64,000 nucleotides of DNA. It comes from Trichoplax sp. H2. Lineage: Eukaryota. A model generated the notes under the pieces. The model was given only the letters and a program-made list of their open reading frames with translations. It was not told where the DNA came from and did not search any database. Both the position numbers and the translations under genes were made by a program. How positions within the stretch are numbered: position 1 is the first letter of the stretch; every line of letters starts with the position of its first letter. Of the stretch, positions 1 through 16,100 are shown one piece after another. Location of the stretch: positions 62,001-126,000 of the forward strand of contig NOWV01000172.1 of assembly GCA_003344405.1 (NCBI GenBank), written 5' to 3'.

Positions 1-278
1 CTTGTAAATCCTTCTACCTTGCCAATACCACTACCATGAGCTAATTGCGTACTAAAAACTAACTTTGGCCTCTTACCAGCAGCTAATCTAGCAGCCAGGT
101 CTCGCTCTCGTCGATCATGGCAATCTTGACTGTCTCTAGTCAGTGGTCCATGACTATGGCCACTAGAAGTAGCACTCCTGTTAGAACCATAATCATCAGA
201 AGATGGCCGTTGAGACTCTTGGGTCGCAGATTTGGGAATATTGAGATCTGCAGATTGACTTTTACGAAAGAATGGCAT
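1..278 (-). CDS. GIPC: GIPC PDZ-domain adaptor, first coding exon (gene continues beyond the window start)
   Basis: ATG at 278 (-). Open frame MPFFRKSQ...GKRPKLVFSTQLAHGSGIGKVEGFT matches the GIPC GH1 motif ([23 protein letters not shown]). Not in the ORF track because it runs off the window. Confidence 0.9.
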   Translation of the reverse strand, partial: MPFFRKSQSADLNIPKSATQESQRPSSDDYGSNRSATSSGHSHGPLTRDSQDCHDRRERDLAARLAAGKRPKLVFSTQLAHGSGIGKVEGFT

Positions 279-3200
279 TTTCGGGATACGGCGGATTATT
301 TTATGCCTATAAACTATATGTGTACCTATTAGTAAAACAAGAATATAACATTTTAATACTACACGTTATTGATTTCCGAAAATGAGCCCGTTGCTCATCT
401 TTTCGAGTAGGTAAAGGAGTAAGATAGCATATATTTTCATCTCGATTCACAATTCGTTATAAATTCGGCAACATAGTGATAGATAGCTAATCAATTGACC
501 AATGAAATAAAAACAGGCATTAAACCCTGACTAAACCGAAGTAGAACTGTAATATAAGTACTTCTGTAAAAAATTAAACTAAATCTTTTCTCATCACTTC
601 CATTGAGTATCTAACGTTATTAAAAAGGATACACCTTTTAATTTCCTTGTAAGAATGATGAGTAAGGCTAAATCTACTTTTTTCCTTCCCTTTCCCTACT
701 AGAGCATCATTTATATCCTAATGATTCCAAGTGGTATTTTAAGGATAAAAAATAAAGATCGACAGCTCTTTTATTAACTATATAGTAGTCACAACTCTCA
801 CTTGTGGCAAGATTTGCAAAGAATTCCAGTGTAGGTACACTAACTTGGGCCACTTTCCCAATATTTCCAGTCTCTATGCTAACGATATATGAGAACTCAA
901 TTTTTTGGCTTTAGCCCACAGATAACTGATTAATTGCTTTTCTTCACGTCACGATTCCAGCATGCTTCTCAAGCAATTATTACTTTTAATTTAAAACTGC
1001 ACACGCTTAAAAAAGATTTCTACAGTGAATTCTAGTATTGGCTAGCGTGAATACATACAGTATTTCACAAGTTACATAATTCGAGAATAATTTATTTAAT
1101 TTCTAAATGGGTACAAGTACGTAGATATTCTGGAACTTAGGGTGTTGAAACATTCATCCTCCGCCTATAGACAGTTCGGTCGTTAGATTCTAACAAGCAT
1201 TTCAATCTATGGTAAATTAAGCTAACAAGGAGTTAGCATGTTCTTATTCTGGATGTAAATCAGCATCTACACCTTTAATGGTAGAATATTATGATGTAAC
1301 GATGATGAGTAAAAGATAATGATGTGAAAATGATGAAGTATGGACTCTTTTTTTCTAATTTTATGTAGCATGGCTAGCAAGACATTAAAGAACTTTGAAT
1401 CTGAAAATTATTTTGTTTGAATCAAGAATGAAGATTTCCATAACACTTTGGCATTTCAAGGCAATTTAAGAACACGTATACAGGTATTCATAGATTTGGA
1501 TGAGAACAAGCCTGCACAAACGCTTATGAAAAAGTGTAATTGCCAGCCATCTTATAAGAATGATGAATAAAGATCTATTACTTCTTTCTAATCTAAATAG
1601 TATAGCTAACTGAGCATTAGAATATTATGCTTGTAAACGCAATCCTATAAGAGCGATAAAGAAAGCCATGCAACGCGTGCTACACCTAGAAGCTAATGCA
1701 GTATAACATAGACATGGATTAGAATCTGTCTGAATAATACTATTATACGATTATAATTCTAAGGAAAGGACGAATTTACAACTGTATCTTGTCTTCCCAT
1801 TTAACAAAATGATAGGCTAACAAGACATTCAATCTTTCAAAATATCATATAAAAACGACTGCTAAAGATCTACAACTCTTCCTTGACGCGTTGTAGCAGA
1901 TAACCTAATGCTTTTGAATTTAAGGAATATCAGAATTAGCCTATATTCCGTTTATAAATGCAAGGTAGTACTACAGCTTTAGCAAACTTAATTCAATCTA
2001 ATCGTATATAAAAGAGTTAGCTAAATGCTTTCGTGCTGAAAGTATTATCCAGTTTAGACGCCCCAGTTTAGAGGCCCCAATTACCCTTGTGGAGAAAAAA
2101 GTCCGAAAAATTGTTAGGCTACTATATCTATGCTATAGTACAATCTAAATAACTTGTAAATCACCTTTGCAAAAGCGATTCACATCATACTTGGATCTAG
2201 AATTCTACTTAAATACGACATATACGCGTATATTGGTGCCTAATTAATTAATACACCGTACTACCATTATATTTAGATATAGAGTTGTAGCCTAACATGG
2301 TATTATATAGATTAATGACATATATTTAGAAACAGCATATAGGAGATTTGTATTCTGTATACAGCTAGGAGCTGGGTGCAATAAGTTAGATAGCACTTTG
2401 ATGCTTTAATAGTTTAATAAAGTTGTGTCAATACATGACAGATAGTTTAGATTTTAGTTCCTACGAGCAAGAGTTTAAGATATTCAATCATATAGCAGCA
2501 AAAAAATGATGCCCGATACGTAAATTATGAATAATAGTTTTAACAGATTTTAGACAGGATGTGTTTGTTGTTCTAGGTGTGAAATGAAAACCTTGAACAG
2601 AAGATGTGATTGAAATGAATGTTCTTTATTTATAGCGTAGGATTAATAAAAGCGCACTGAATCAGCAAAGAGTAGGCGAAAGATTACTGTCCGGATTCTT
2701 TTTAGTTTGAACGACTTTATTCAATTTTAGTGAACTTGGATAAAGTCTTGACCCTTTTAAAAAGAGTAAATCATTCATAGAAGAGCATTCTATTTCAATT
2801 TTTATATCCAGGAAGTTCTTGTTGGATTTTTAATCCTCAATGAAAATGCTCTGCAATTTCCATTGAATAATAAATATAGGAAATTTATCACTGAAATAAT
2901 TCAATATTGAGGATACTCTTTAAAAGATCGCAGTGCTGTATATGCTTTGGAAGAAAGTAACTTTGATATTGACCTTAAGGTGTATGATTGAAATGAAACC
3001 TGATTTAAATTTCCTTAGCTGAATGAAGAGAATTAGTAGAATAAATTCTGATCTCATAGATAAGGATGAAATTTTTTCCACTTCTAAACGGAAATCTAAT
3101 ATTATCTTTATTTGACAAACTTTCCATCGAGAAAATTGAGGACTAAAGAGTGTTTATAGATGATGTACCGATCTTTTCGGTAAGAACCACATTTTCAGAA

Positions 3201-6200
3201 TGAAATACTTACTGAATACAGCTAAATTAATACTATATCTTTTCAAATCTTTATTGATCTCTAAAGTGAAATAATACATAGTCTTTATTTGGTGATAGAA
3301 AAAATTCTCATTAGACTTCTCTTTCGGTTACACCCGCTTTTATCCTATCTATAGATGGCATCTTCTAAATTTCCCATTTATAGCTAATAGGAAATCGAAG
3401 GAAGATTTTATTTATTGCAATGAGATCTATCTAGAGAAATCTATTTATCAAGTCTTAACCGATAACGGAGGAGTTTCGCATAAAATACAGCAGCCTTAAT
3501 CCCATTGCAACAGATATCGTTTAAAATTTTCTATCTATAAGCAAAGTATGGAGAATACTTGCCGGATGAATAAAGGGAATTTATGGGTAATTTAGTAATA
3601 TCAGTGCTAGGAGTGTGCTTAAAATATGCTGGAACTTTTAATTCTGTCTCAATCATCTTTATTTAATTTAATCAGCTGTATCTAAAGAGGAATCCTATGC
3701 AATTTATACTTTCAATAAATGGCGAAATTTTTTGCTAAATACTATTTCTTACTCAGTAGTAGATATTATCCTAGTCGGTAAGCCCTTTTAATTAATTACT
3801 TATAAATCTGTTATTGATTCGTTTAGATCCAATCATGTTATGCTCAATGCATTGTAATACCTGATTTTGGATAAGACATGCTAGAAAATAAAATCTAGAA
3901 TCCTAGCCTTTGATAGTAATCGGATAAATTGATTAGCAAAATCGTGTAGGACAGTCAACAAAACTGTTCGAAAATCGAAATTCGATTTTTTACTCAAAGT
4001 ACAACTACGGAATAGGAAGATCGATAATAAATAATCTATTCTTCACGTATAAAAATGTTGATATTACCTATCATTCAGGCGAATCGAGTAAGGTATCAAT
4101 ATTGATAATATCTCCCGATTTAACTAGAGTTATTTCCATACTGCAATACACATTCACATCGATATTATGCCTTTGTAAGAAGATGAAAAAGGATTCCAAA
4201 GGTAAAGTAATGAAAATTGCTTTTCAAAAGATGGATAAGCCATTACCAGTAAAACATAGATAGATGTAAGCATAAGTCAGTTTGCTAGAATCTATAATAT
4301 TACATTGTCAAATATAGACAGATTAATTATTGAATTATAATCTAGTGTAAATACAACCAAATCTAGATAGAAACTGGAAAAATCTTTTTTGATTTATGAT
4401 CAAAGATACCGAATAAATGTAGAGCGTATTTGAAATATTAATACGATAAAATGGTCGCCCAGTGAAAAAGAAAGCTTTGTAGAGTAAACTACAGCTTAGA
4501 TATCATCAGATCACGTTTCCCATTTTTCAACATGCCTTCACTTATTAAAGACTAAATCGGTGAAACCCTCTCTTTTTTCATTCATTGCAAAAGATTGAGA
4601 TAGAAGTTAAAGGAAAATTGATGTGTTGACTAAAGCATAGCTATTCCATGTCAGGAAAAATAAGATAAGATAGTTTAGAGCATCATCAAGCTCATTTCCA
4701 GATCTCCAAAGCATTATTTTTATATCGATTAGGTCAAATCGATATTCCTTTGGCTCTTTGCCAACGATTTACGACTAAATTGGAACGAAAATACAAAGTA
4801 TACTAATGAAACGGATACAGCAGGAAAAGAGACTAATATAAATTGAGATGTAGCCATCACCCTAACCCTATCCTTTTTCCCCAACTTTGTCAAGATCAGC
4901 ATTTTACGCTAAGTTATAAGGAAAATAATCTTAATTTTGATTCATAGGCAAAATTACGAATAAAAATTGAACGATAAATGAAGCAATAGCTGGAGAAAAA
5001 AAGGGTATACCAAGTAAGAGGAATCAGTGTAGATTAAAATACTATGACCGACGTCTGGCCCTGTTTTCTAATATTTACTAAATCTCCCGTAGGCTCAAAA
5101 TTGCACGAAAGTAAATCAATTTTTTCATTCTTAGCCAAAATACTGAAGATAGTAAAAATGGAACAAACTTTCGAAAAACTAGAGAAAATGGTTATACTAA
5201 GCCAGGTAGGCTGATATAGACTGAAAAATGGCAATTTTCCTTTTCCTTTCATTACCCAATATAAATCACAATCATCTGTTTTAGTCAAAATTTGGTTATC
5301 TTAAAAACGATCCCAGTAATCAGTCATCGCTAAATATTGACGATGGAAATGGGATAAAAACGAATGTTAATTTAGTAAAAATAATCCTGCTGGGCAATGG
5401 AGAATGCTGTAGATTAAGAAATCATCAAGTCCATCTTCATTATACAACTACATCCTCTGTTGTCCCAGCTAAGCTGCGTTAAAAATTGTCATCGTCCCTG
5501 ATTAATGCCTTCCATTTAAGAAAGTAAGGCAAATTTAAGATAACTCTGGGAACATAACGGCTTTAAAGTAAGAGAGAATATCATAAATTAGCCTAAGACA
5601 ACTATTTAGCCACGTTTTCTACTATTTAATTAAGCTGTCTAATCGCAACTCGATACTGGATCCTTTCTTCATGATTTAGAATATCAACGACTCTTTCAAC
5701 TACTACATGTTATCTCATACTCCAGTTATAGGTAATTAAAGAAAGAGAAAAACAATTAATCTATTTTATTAAATATATTATTATCCATGGCTTTTAAATG
5801 TGTACAGCTTAGCTAAAAGTAATCTTTGAACGTTGAAAGTAGAAAAGTTAAAGTGAAATTTCAATCTCACCAGACGATGTTGCGTATGTAGACATGCTTT
5901 GTATATCAATTTGTCTAACTTATCGCTTAGAATTTTACTCGTTCTATTTCAATATAGTGATGAAATACTCGTTTTAAATTAAAAATATTGGAGATAAAAG
6001 TCAACATAATTTGAAAATAACCTTCTCCTTACCGTTTCGGGCTGACAATTTTTTAACAAGATGGAAAAGATAGCAACAGTCTAAATAGAACAGTAAATTA
6101 TTGTTGTTATTATTATCATCATTTTACCTTCAGAAACAATGTTTTCTTGAAAGATGAATAAAATGGATTGCCCAACCACTCTACCATATAAAAACTATTT

Positions 6201-9200
6201 TGACATGAAAGCTATACCAAGTCAAGTCACCGATAGGAATTTTTCGTCAAAGGCTTAATCTAGCAAATAAGTGCTAAAGTATATTTTAGCTCAAATTAAA
6301 TTGGATAGAAGGCAGAATAGTCATTCAATTTTCACGTTGACGACTAATGTATGTATACATACAAGGCGACTGTCGATTGGATAGAATAATAGTCAAGGGT
6401 ATTCAATGCTTAATCGGTAAACATATTGCCAGCATGGTCTACAATAGAATAAATTGCATTATCTTCTCTTAGATCTTGAATTGGCTAGAACCTCATCAAG
6501 GCAATACTTTTGTCTTTGATTGATGTCATCTTAGTCTTGAGCGGAAAAGCTATTATTGACTTGGTATTTGAATATCAATAGATCGATTTTATGCGTGACT
6601 ATTATTACACCATCTAGGCTGTACTTGCATTTTAGAGCCGTTACTAGTAAAAACGCGATTGTTTAATTAGCATTTATATGATCTATCCATATAAAATATC
6701 GTCAATAATTCTACGAGGCGATCATTTAAATTCTTATCTAATTCAATCGTATCATATCTTTGACCTATTTTTAACGAAAGAAAAGATGAATAGTCATAAT
6801 TTCTGCGATAAATAAAAAATTTTGATGGCATGATCTATTGGTATCGTGAAAAATAAAAAGTATGAGAATATATCAAAATTTTCCTACGACTACTATTGTC
6901 AACATAATCTATAGAAATTTTATCCACTTTGGTCTGTAGACCCAGTTGACACAATAATATCATAGAAATATAGTAGGTGTGTTATAATGTACCAGCATCA
7001 AAAATAAATGATAATCAATAGAATTATAGTTAATTAAGTAGTAAATAGAACAGAAGATAGGACTTCTATTTTCAACGGTTAATACTATATCATTGTATGA
7101 TATACTATAATGTAAAATATAATGGTATCTATGCATACGCGTTAATAAAAGATTAGGAATATGTACGTGGTATTTGGGATCGTTAATATTGAATAAAGAA
7201 TCGGTGTCTATAGTGGCTTATAAATGCGGTACTGTAATACGGAAATAACATATGGAAAAACGATTATCATAGACCGTTATCAAGAGGTGTATAGAATCTA
7301 TAACAATGTCTTGCAGCAGTTTGTACGTATATTAAATTCCTGTCTACGGCAATTCTGCCACGGCATATTACTGAATGCTGAGAAAAGTACGAGTACATTG
7401 GCAGCATGTAAATATTGCAAATATATTTATAATTATTAAGCCAGTCTATGGAGCTGTTATTTATTATAGTCTAGATGCTACTGCAATACAGTACATAGAT
7501 TAGTAATTATAAAAAAATTACCATTAGCAAGAATAGGTTACATCTATAGCATTATAGGTGTGTTTACGACAGATAATTTTATCTGCAATGGCCAACACAG
7601 TGTTATGGCATGTTATACCACAGAAAGTAAGAGTGTATGTACATATCGTATCTTAAGACTAATATATATTAATGATTAATGAAGCCTATATAGCTATTAT
7701 CTAATATGTGGTTTGCATACGGTAGTACAGCAATATTATATAAGGATTAATAACTATAAAATATCATCAGTAGCAGTAGATCGTCATCCACAGTATTTTG
7801 GCTGCTTATATCGTATTTGTATTTTTAATCACGGTCAGTACGGGGTTATGGTATAATTTAGCATAGAAAGGAAAATAAACTGGATACATACCTATGAACT
7901 TGAAATCTTTTATGATTCTTATTATAGTCCCTGAACCTATTGTCTAAGTCTATATAATTTGATATTTGGTACAAAATGACACAGAAGTAGGCGAGTTTTA
8001 ATACTGTAATATTGAAATGTCAAGAATAGTATATTATTTGCAGTATTATAAACTTTGTAGAATAGACATTAGTACTATCTTAACGACCGACTGTAATGAT
8101 ATATTATTGTTTAGATTGTAATATTACTGTCAAAATTATAGCGATAGTAATAACAAGTACAGTATGGTCATATTGTTAGTGCAGAGGATGTTCCAGTTCT
8201 AGCTCCGTTAGCAACAGCAGTAATCATAGAATTAGGTTCTTATACTGAATCTATAAGTTAATAGATGTTGTTCAGTAATTTCTGTTTATGGTTTTCGGGT
8301 TGTAAACAAGCTAAGAATATAAGCAGCTAAAGTAACGCAATAGAGTTTGTCCTTTTTCGTACTTGAGATTATAGTCTGCAGTTGAAAATATTTGTTAACG
8401 AGAACCTCTTAATAGAAACTGTTTTGCTCCGAATCTTTTGGGATAAGAATTATTAGAGAATTAGGAAGAACAGATTTATTACACCAATACCTTGCATTAT
8501 CGTATGATATAGAGCGGAAAGTAAAGGTGTGCTATACATATCGGTAGCTTAGAAATTTTTTTATGATTATTAGTACAATCTATATAATGATATTCTATAA
8601 TGGAATATATGATCTATTACAATATTAAATAGAATTGTGGTTTCATAACGTACCTTAGCAAAGAAATAAACTGTATGTTTCGTCAATATAGAAGGTACAA
8701 CTCTTAAATACAGTAGTCAACACTGGATCAAGGTCTAATATGCCACAGCAGGTAAGGATATTCGTATATATGTTATACATACATATATGTATGCAGATTA
8801 AAAACGAATTTTAAAATTTAATACAGCCTGTAGGTGTATCATCCATTTGACAAATACTATCATTTATAGTAGTACAGCAGATTAGCGTACATCCTTAAAT
8901 AGTAGTTTATAATTCTATCTTATCTTTATTTACGCCATGGGTAGAGCTCTGAACTTCAGTAGTCAACGCAGTAATTAATAGCTTTAATTAATTACAGTAA
9001 GTGTATACGCATTTATACTGTGATCGAAAATACATGTTTCGGCTACTCCTCAGAACAGAATCAAACTTAAGAACTCAACAAATACAGATTCTTCTAGTTA
9101 GAGTGATGGCTGAAAAGGCATTTTATCCTTACAAAGTACTAATGCATTGATGTGACTAGTTCTATTTTACACTATAGGCAAACATATAACATGTGGGTGT

Positions 9201-12200
9201 AAATGAATTGTTTTTCTGCTGTGATGATTCTTAACATAACCGTTTGAGCTTTTTATAAGACAAATATGAAGTATTAAATCAAAATTAATTGACATTATTC
9301 ATATTTCAAATGCGGATACAGTAGTTAACCAAATTACTTCTAAAGCTTATAAAGTACGATAGAGCAGCGTATGTCGGTGCAATAGAACCTTTCTATACTG
9401 CTATCACTTCGCTTCAATATAATCGTACGGTAACATCGGCTATAAAGGATCTAATCTAGACTCTTGATTATACCTTTGTATAATAAGTAAAAGATATGAC
9501 AGAAATCTTGCACGAGAGGACACTATCACTTAGTCGTATGATGGATTAGGCATGTCTTACTTAAAACTAACTAAGAGGAGTAAGGCATCAAATATCACAT
9601 TAAATTGTTCTTACTCTCTTGTTTATAACACTATATTATTATAATTAAACATTAAAAGTACACAATATACTGTACATATACCATCTCATAGTAATAGAAC
9701 TACTGTCACCTATTTCAGTATATAAAGACAGAATATTTTAATTAAGAATCAAATAGGGTGGTAACCGTTTTAAAGATGCCAAGAGGATAATAATAGCAAT
9801 ATTAATAGTTCTATTATTGTTCAACACTATAGCCTCAAAATATTATTGGCTATCTTATTTTAGAATTGTTCCATGATAATCCAGAAAGAATCTTAAAATA
9901 ACTCAAGCTACAGTGGTGCTCATATCATTTAATTTTACTGTAATGATGTCAACTGCTATATTTATGACGATTATACGGAAGGTGTAAAAAAATCTGAAAG
10001 AAAGGCTTTTGTTTACGTATATACAGTATTCATATGAAATAGGTAGGGTAGTTATACTGCATTTGACACTGTAGCACCTTGAAATTATACTTTTGAAGCA
10101 GCTTTTAGACAACTAGTACTAAAAATGAAATCGGATTACTACGAGATAAATCGATCTCCGTCCAAAATTATTACGTTGGAATGCTATCTTTATATTCAAA
10201 TGCGTTGAATTTAGGTACACAAGTAGCTGCCGGGTATGGCATCTTTTATAAAAATTCCGTTCTAGCTAAACTAGCTCTTAAAAGTGCAGTAATTTCGATA
10301 TCACATCGATAATTCCACTATTAATTAGCCTAAATTAACCTCACCAGTGGCGTCCTAAATAGTAGATACTCTTTATTTGCCATAACTCAATTAACTGACG
10401 TCTTGATCAATTTAAGTTGTTATTTCCTGAATTCAGTTAACTACAGAGCTATCCAAAACTATTTTATTATCTAAAATCACTTCTTCAGCCTAGTGAACTC
10501 TATCAAAGTATTAAAATGCATAATATAGAAGACTTCAATTGTATTGAATCCATCATCATAAAGGCGATCTAAATCCTTCCTATTTTTATCTCTGAGCGCT
10601 ATGTTACTCAGTTTTAAAGGCATGATCATCTTGTTTCACTTCCTAGAATAGTGGTGAATTATGCAAATAAAAATTGAGATCACTGAATTCAGGGTAATGC
10701 CAAATTAATGATGTAATACTAGAAATATTTACATGATGATGTAAAGACTCTTAAGTTGAGTAATATCTATTGGAAATATGCAACAATACACAATTGAAAC
10801 CCATTTAATAGTTCTGTTTTACGTGACTGTAACATTTACTTACTGTAAGCGGTGCGGTGTAAGCTATAATTCTTCTAATGTCTTAAAGTAGTATGGGCGT
10901 AGACGAAATATAATGGCACTATGCCTACGATCGATGGGAGTCCCTATTCACTAGATGCAGTAACTGGATTGTACTTTCTATGCTTACATTCTTGCTTAAT
11001 CAGGTGATAAGGTCAAAAACGAATGATGTAGCATGTCTCAATATACCTTTGAAAGGCTCCTAGAGAATCTCGTTTTACTTATAAGTATGACTAACCTCGG
11101 AAACTACTGTAATTTCAGGCCATACACGAATACGCATAAACCTACTATATATAAACTCGTCTTGTCTGTCTATATGAAGTTTAATGGCTAGAAAAATACT
11201 GCAATAAACTTAAAATGCGAAATGTATAACAAAAGAACGATTTGAAGAATTAAAATTCTCTCGCACCATGATATAGTTATTGATAGATATTTAATTAATC
11301 ACTCGTATTCATATTATTTGGAAATATGCCAGTAGATTCATTTATTCATTCATGATATTAACGATAGTACACGTTTACAACGACTCTGAGTTGTTATTGT
11401 TGAAAGTATCAACTGTATCGCCTAATTAATAAACCATATGCAATTTTAATTAATCTCATAGCCACTTAAAACTATTTCTTCTACGAGCAACGATGATGGA
11501 GGTGCATCACCATATTATATGTTGATCAACCGATGAGCAATACTATCCTATTTCAGTATTTATGCCTCTGATCCAGCTTACAGTATACGATAAAGTATCT
11601 TCAAAATTATTAAAACATGAATTACAATTTTTTGCAAAAGTTTGCTTTACTATATTAAAGTTGGTTTGTCTAGCAAATACTAGATGCTTACGCAACCTTA
11701 CAATCAATGCTACAACTTGAACTATTTTTGTGCAAGTCTATGACTTTAATCTTAAGTAAATTTGGGGGCTACACATTAATATGTAGTTAAAACAAGCCAA
11801 CGTTAATGATTTTAAAGAATTACTCATAGCAGCCATTTCATCTGCTCTCAAGGATCGTGATCAATTATCCTACCGCACTTTCATAAATAGAAGAAGCAAT
11901 CATCACATTCAAACATTGCAATTGATGGGGAATACAGTCATGTCAGAGCATGCAATAACAATGATATTATGACTATCCTATCCTATATCATGTAAAAACC
12001 TTTTCACCTACTACCGATGGTAATGATCAATTACCCTATAATATGTCCATAAATGAAAGGAATATGCAATCATATTGGAACATTCCATGTCAATGTTTTA
12101 TTTTATGCTCAACTTCTATCAGGCAAAAGCACATTCTACTGCCCTATCAGTTCCATCATCAATGGCTATTCGAATATCTTGCAGCAGTCTAGAAATGATG

Positions 12201-13187
12201 TACCTTACGAATGATTATAGCAATCCACAATTATTCTATTACAAATCTTTAAACGGAAGGAATTTGCAATCAATTTGGCCTTGATAAGTCTATCATTTTA
12301 TTTCAAATACCGCTACACTGTAAATATACGTCAACGAAATTGTTCATTCCGCCAAATTACATCATTGATCATTTTTAATTATTCTTGTAATCTTGTACAT
12401 GGAAAATCGTTTCATCTACCGAGTTCAGTACTAGTAGCAATAAGTATAATCAATCACGACATCACGCGATAACTAATTATAATCGATGGGAATAACAATC
12501 CGATTTCAATGCTGCCTATCCCTAATTCTCTTGAATATCATTTACTTCAATAACATATTATCCGATTGAATGCTCATCAGCAAGTCATGATATTTGGATA
12601 TAAAAATTGCGCCTTGTAAATGAAGTCATATTTCCAAACCTTTTGTTGGCCTTAAAATAGCTCAGGGTGTGGACTTATGATGATGATGATGACAAAGTAG
12701 AAGAAAAACTCCTTTGTAAGGCTGCATGCATAATGAGAATGATGGCGATTGGTTCATGAATACAAAATCGGTCATAATAGCCAATAATCATGGGCAATAA
12801 AAAATTAGACTAACAAGAGATCAATATAAGTTGTATTAATTCTTGAAAATAAAGCCATGGGTAGTAATTGCTGTCGTGTAGACAATGTTTTCAGACGATC
12901 ATGTTGAACTACTCAGAACCTTTGCATGATTGATTGATTGATCGTATGCCAAGCGATCTCTATAAGGTTGTAACCTGTCATTTCACCTATACTTAATTAT
13001 AGTAGAAAGAAGTCAAGGATAAACTACACTAGGGGAATAGTTTGATTACTATAAGCAATCTCAACTATTATTCCATTTCAATCTGTTTGAGTACGATCTC
13101 AATTTTTAACACGCTTTCCTACCATATCATGATTATTTAGTCTAATCGATTGGCAGAAAATTAGTAACCACAAGTAGCCATATTAAA

Positions 13188-16100
13188 ATGAGTAATTCAG
13201 ATACGGAAATTAATCCAACGGACGACAACGAACAAAGTCAAACCGTTACTACCATTACCAGAAGGCACAGTGATGGCCAGAAACACTTTAAAAATTCGCG
13301 TAACCACCAACAGCGAAAAAGGTGAGAAAATTCTATATTATGCCAATGGTTGTTGATGATTAACGATAGGCCAAATCCTATTAACATATAGACTAAAAAT
13401 TCCCCTTTGGCTATACTATCTGTATTGTTTTTATAGCCCCAGTTAAAGTAACTAATTATTAAATGGGATGTTTACACTTTTGAAAAAATGACTGCCTTCT
13501 CCATCGAGTTATCCTACTAGACTTTATTTTCGGGCATATTGTTTCATTTTACTTTACAACACAGAAGTGGTTTACGCTCGTACATGCATGCCTATTCTTT
13601 TTCCTATTTTGCTCTTAACTAACTCATAGCATCTTAGTTCAATTTATTGATTGTTGAATATGGAAAGAAATTAATTTGAATCGAAAGCCGAACAACATTG
13701 CAGCAAATATATTGAGTAGATACGGTGCATAAACGCATTCCGATTGAATAAATAGGATAGGACGAGGTGTTGTAGGCTATATGAATTTTTCCTAACGTTA
13801 ATTATTTCCTGATTATTTTTATATTAGCTTGGATTCCCTTATTCTTTAAAAATAGTCGATATGGCCGCTACAATAATACAGCCGATAGTGGTATAGTCAT
13901 GTTTCAGTTGAAGGTTTGCTGAGGGAGAGGAATCCTACGATATTTCAGTCTTTATCATCGGATCCTTAACTTATTTCTTTAGCATAGCTTTGATCGTGAC
14001 GGCAATATTAACCCTTAATTTAAAGCCAGGCCTATCGCCATAATTCATTCAGCAAGTATATCATGAAATTTTCCATTTTAACTACTGTAATACATTAGGA
14101 TGAGATATTGTGAAAGGGTCGTAGGATTTCCTTCATCAGCAATTCTGTTCTATCCATTTCCTTAGCATCACGCATCGATAGCACTTTACTGACTACTAAT
14201 GTATTCGATCGCCATATTCGCTTAGTTTCTATTGCGCCTATTCCTTTAGTGCGATTATGATAGCATTTTTAATATTTTAACTTCACTAGCTTGATTCCTT
14301 TCCTCTGTGTAGTGATTGGGTTTTACAAACCCCTTAGGTTCGTAATCGTCTAACTCAAAATCTGAGTTATTAATTTGAGCAAATCTCTAACCTGACACAA
14401 GATTACTTCTTAATGCTATCATACTTCAATTACTACCGTAATTAGCCGAAACTTTTACACTTGGCAACAAATCATTTTTTAATATTTTAGTTTGCTTTCC
14501 AAAAAATCACTATTAAGACCTTCAGTGATGGTACCATAGCAAATTCGATCTAATAAGTCGACGGAAATAAGGTACTCTTCTTTTACAGTAGTTATGAACT
14601 CACTAACGGCATGATGATGGCCTACCGATATTTTTATTTTCATTTGAAATCACTGATAGGCTATATTACTACTATAATATTTAGTAATGGCAATTCAACT
14701 TAATTAATTTCTTGCCGACGAGGTGTTATAGAAGATTATAACTTCCTTAAACGTAATTTTTCTATCCTCTGTTTCCTTACTATCGTCACAATTTCAAATC
14801 TATATAGTTCATCAATTGCTGAATAATGTTTCCTTGAGCATCAAATCAAACAGTACGTATCGCTACGAATATACTGAATGACTATATGGTGACCTTCCAA
14901 TTTAAGAAATAAATTATAAACATAGAATAGAAAGAGGTGTTATATAAAATTCAAATTGAAAAGGATAGCGTGATCAAGTAGAAGTATTCTTTTCAACAAT
15001 AAAAAAATACAAGCATCATGGCTTCAACAACAATTTACCCTCCTCAATCCTAAGTTTACTGGTTGATGAAAGTTCACATTCAGCATTATACTCTAGGTAC
15101 TAATTAGCTATCCATACTAAGCAGAATTAATATCTGAAGTTTAAATCAATTGATCCTCTTTCAAGGAATCAACTAGATCACCGGGTAATTAATGAAAATA
15201 TGGATTTCGGGTAAGTACAATGCACAGAAATCGATTTTATTAGGTTGCCGAGCTATTTTTCATAATACTTTAATCGCCGCGTTCTTACCGGTAAATCCGT
15301 GAATAAATCCCCTTTGCTGCCTTATGAGTATCACTTCCAGTCATAAAAAGCATTCGTTCTACAGCAAGCATCTCCTTAAGAAATAAGTAGAAGTGTTATT
15401 TGCAATTTTGATTCTTGTACATTTACTTACTGTTGATAAAATTAACTATCTGGGTAATGAGTCTGGTGGTAAGTAGCATTCTTCTAAGATTGAATAAACA
15501 GGGTCAGCATCAAGTCAAAGGAGTATTTAATTGACCTAATAGTAGGTAGAAATCCCCATATGAGCATTTTGAGATATATAAACTGAAACTTTTACGAGTT
15601 TACTATCTTAACTGTTTCTAGCCTATCCCCTGCTACCCTCAATTAGACATATAGCTTAAATAGGAATAACTTTCTCATAAAATCCTTCATTATCTTCTAC
15701 ATATCATCCCATCTAATTTGGTTAATATTGCATATCATTTATTAACCATGATTGGTAGTAAAAAGAATTCAAGAGATCAGCAGGCTATCGCTATGATATT
15801 AGAATATTTACAAGCTAGATCTTTGTTACTTTTGTATATTGATCTCTCGGGCATATAAGTGCTTTAGTACAACAGGATTCTTCTTAATACTCTTAGCTTA
15901 AAATATACCTTAATAGATTAAATAGTGCCTGGCTTACATCTAGAAATACTTATCTCAATATCCACACTTTAAATCAGATTATTAAATGATGTCAAAAATT
16001 GCAGACCAGTAATAAATAATCCACTCCTCAACTGTTAGTATGTTATATACCCTCTAATTTAAAAAGAATCTTTGGTCAGCATTTCATCCTTCATACCTAA

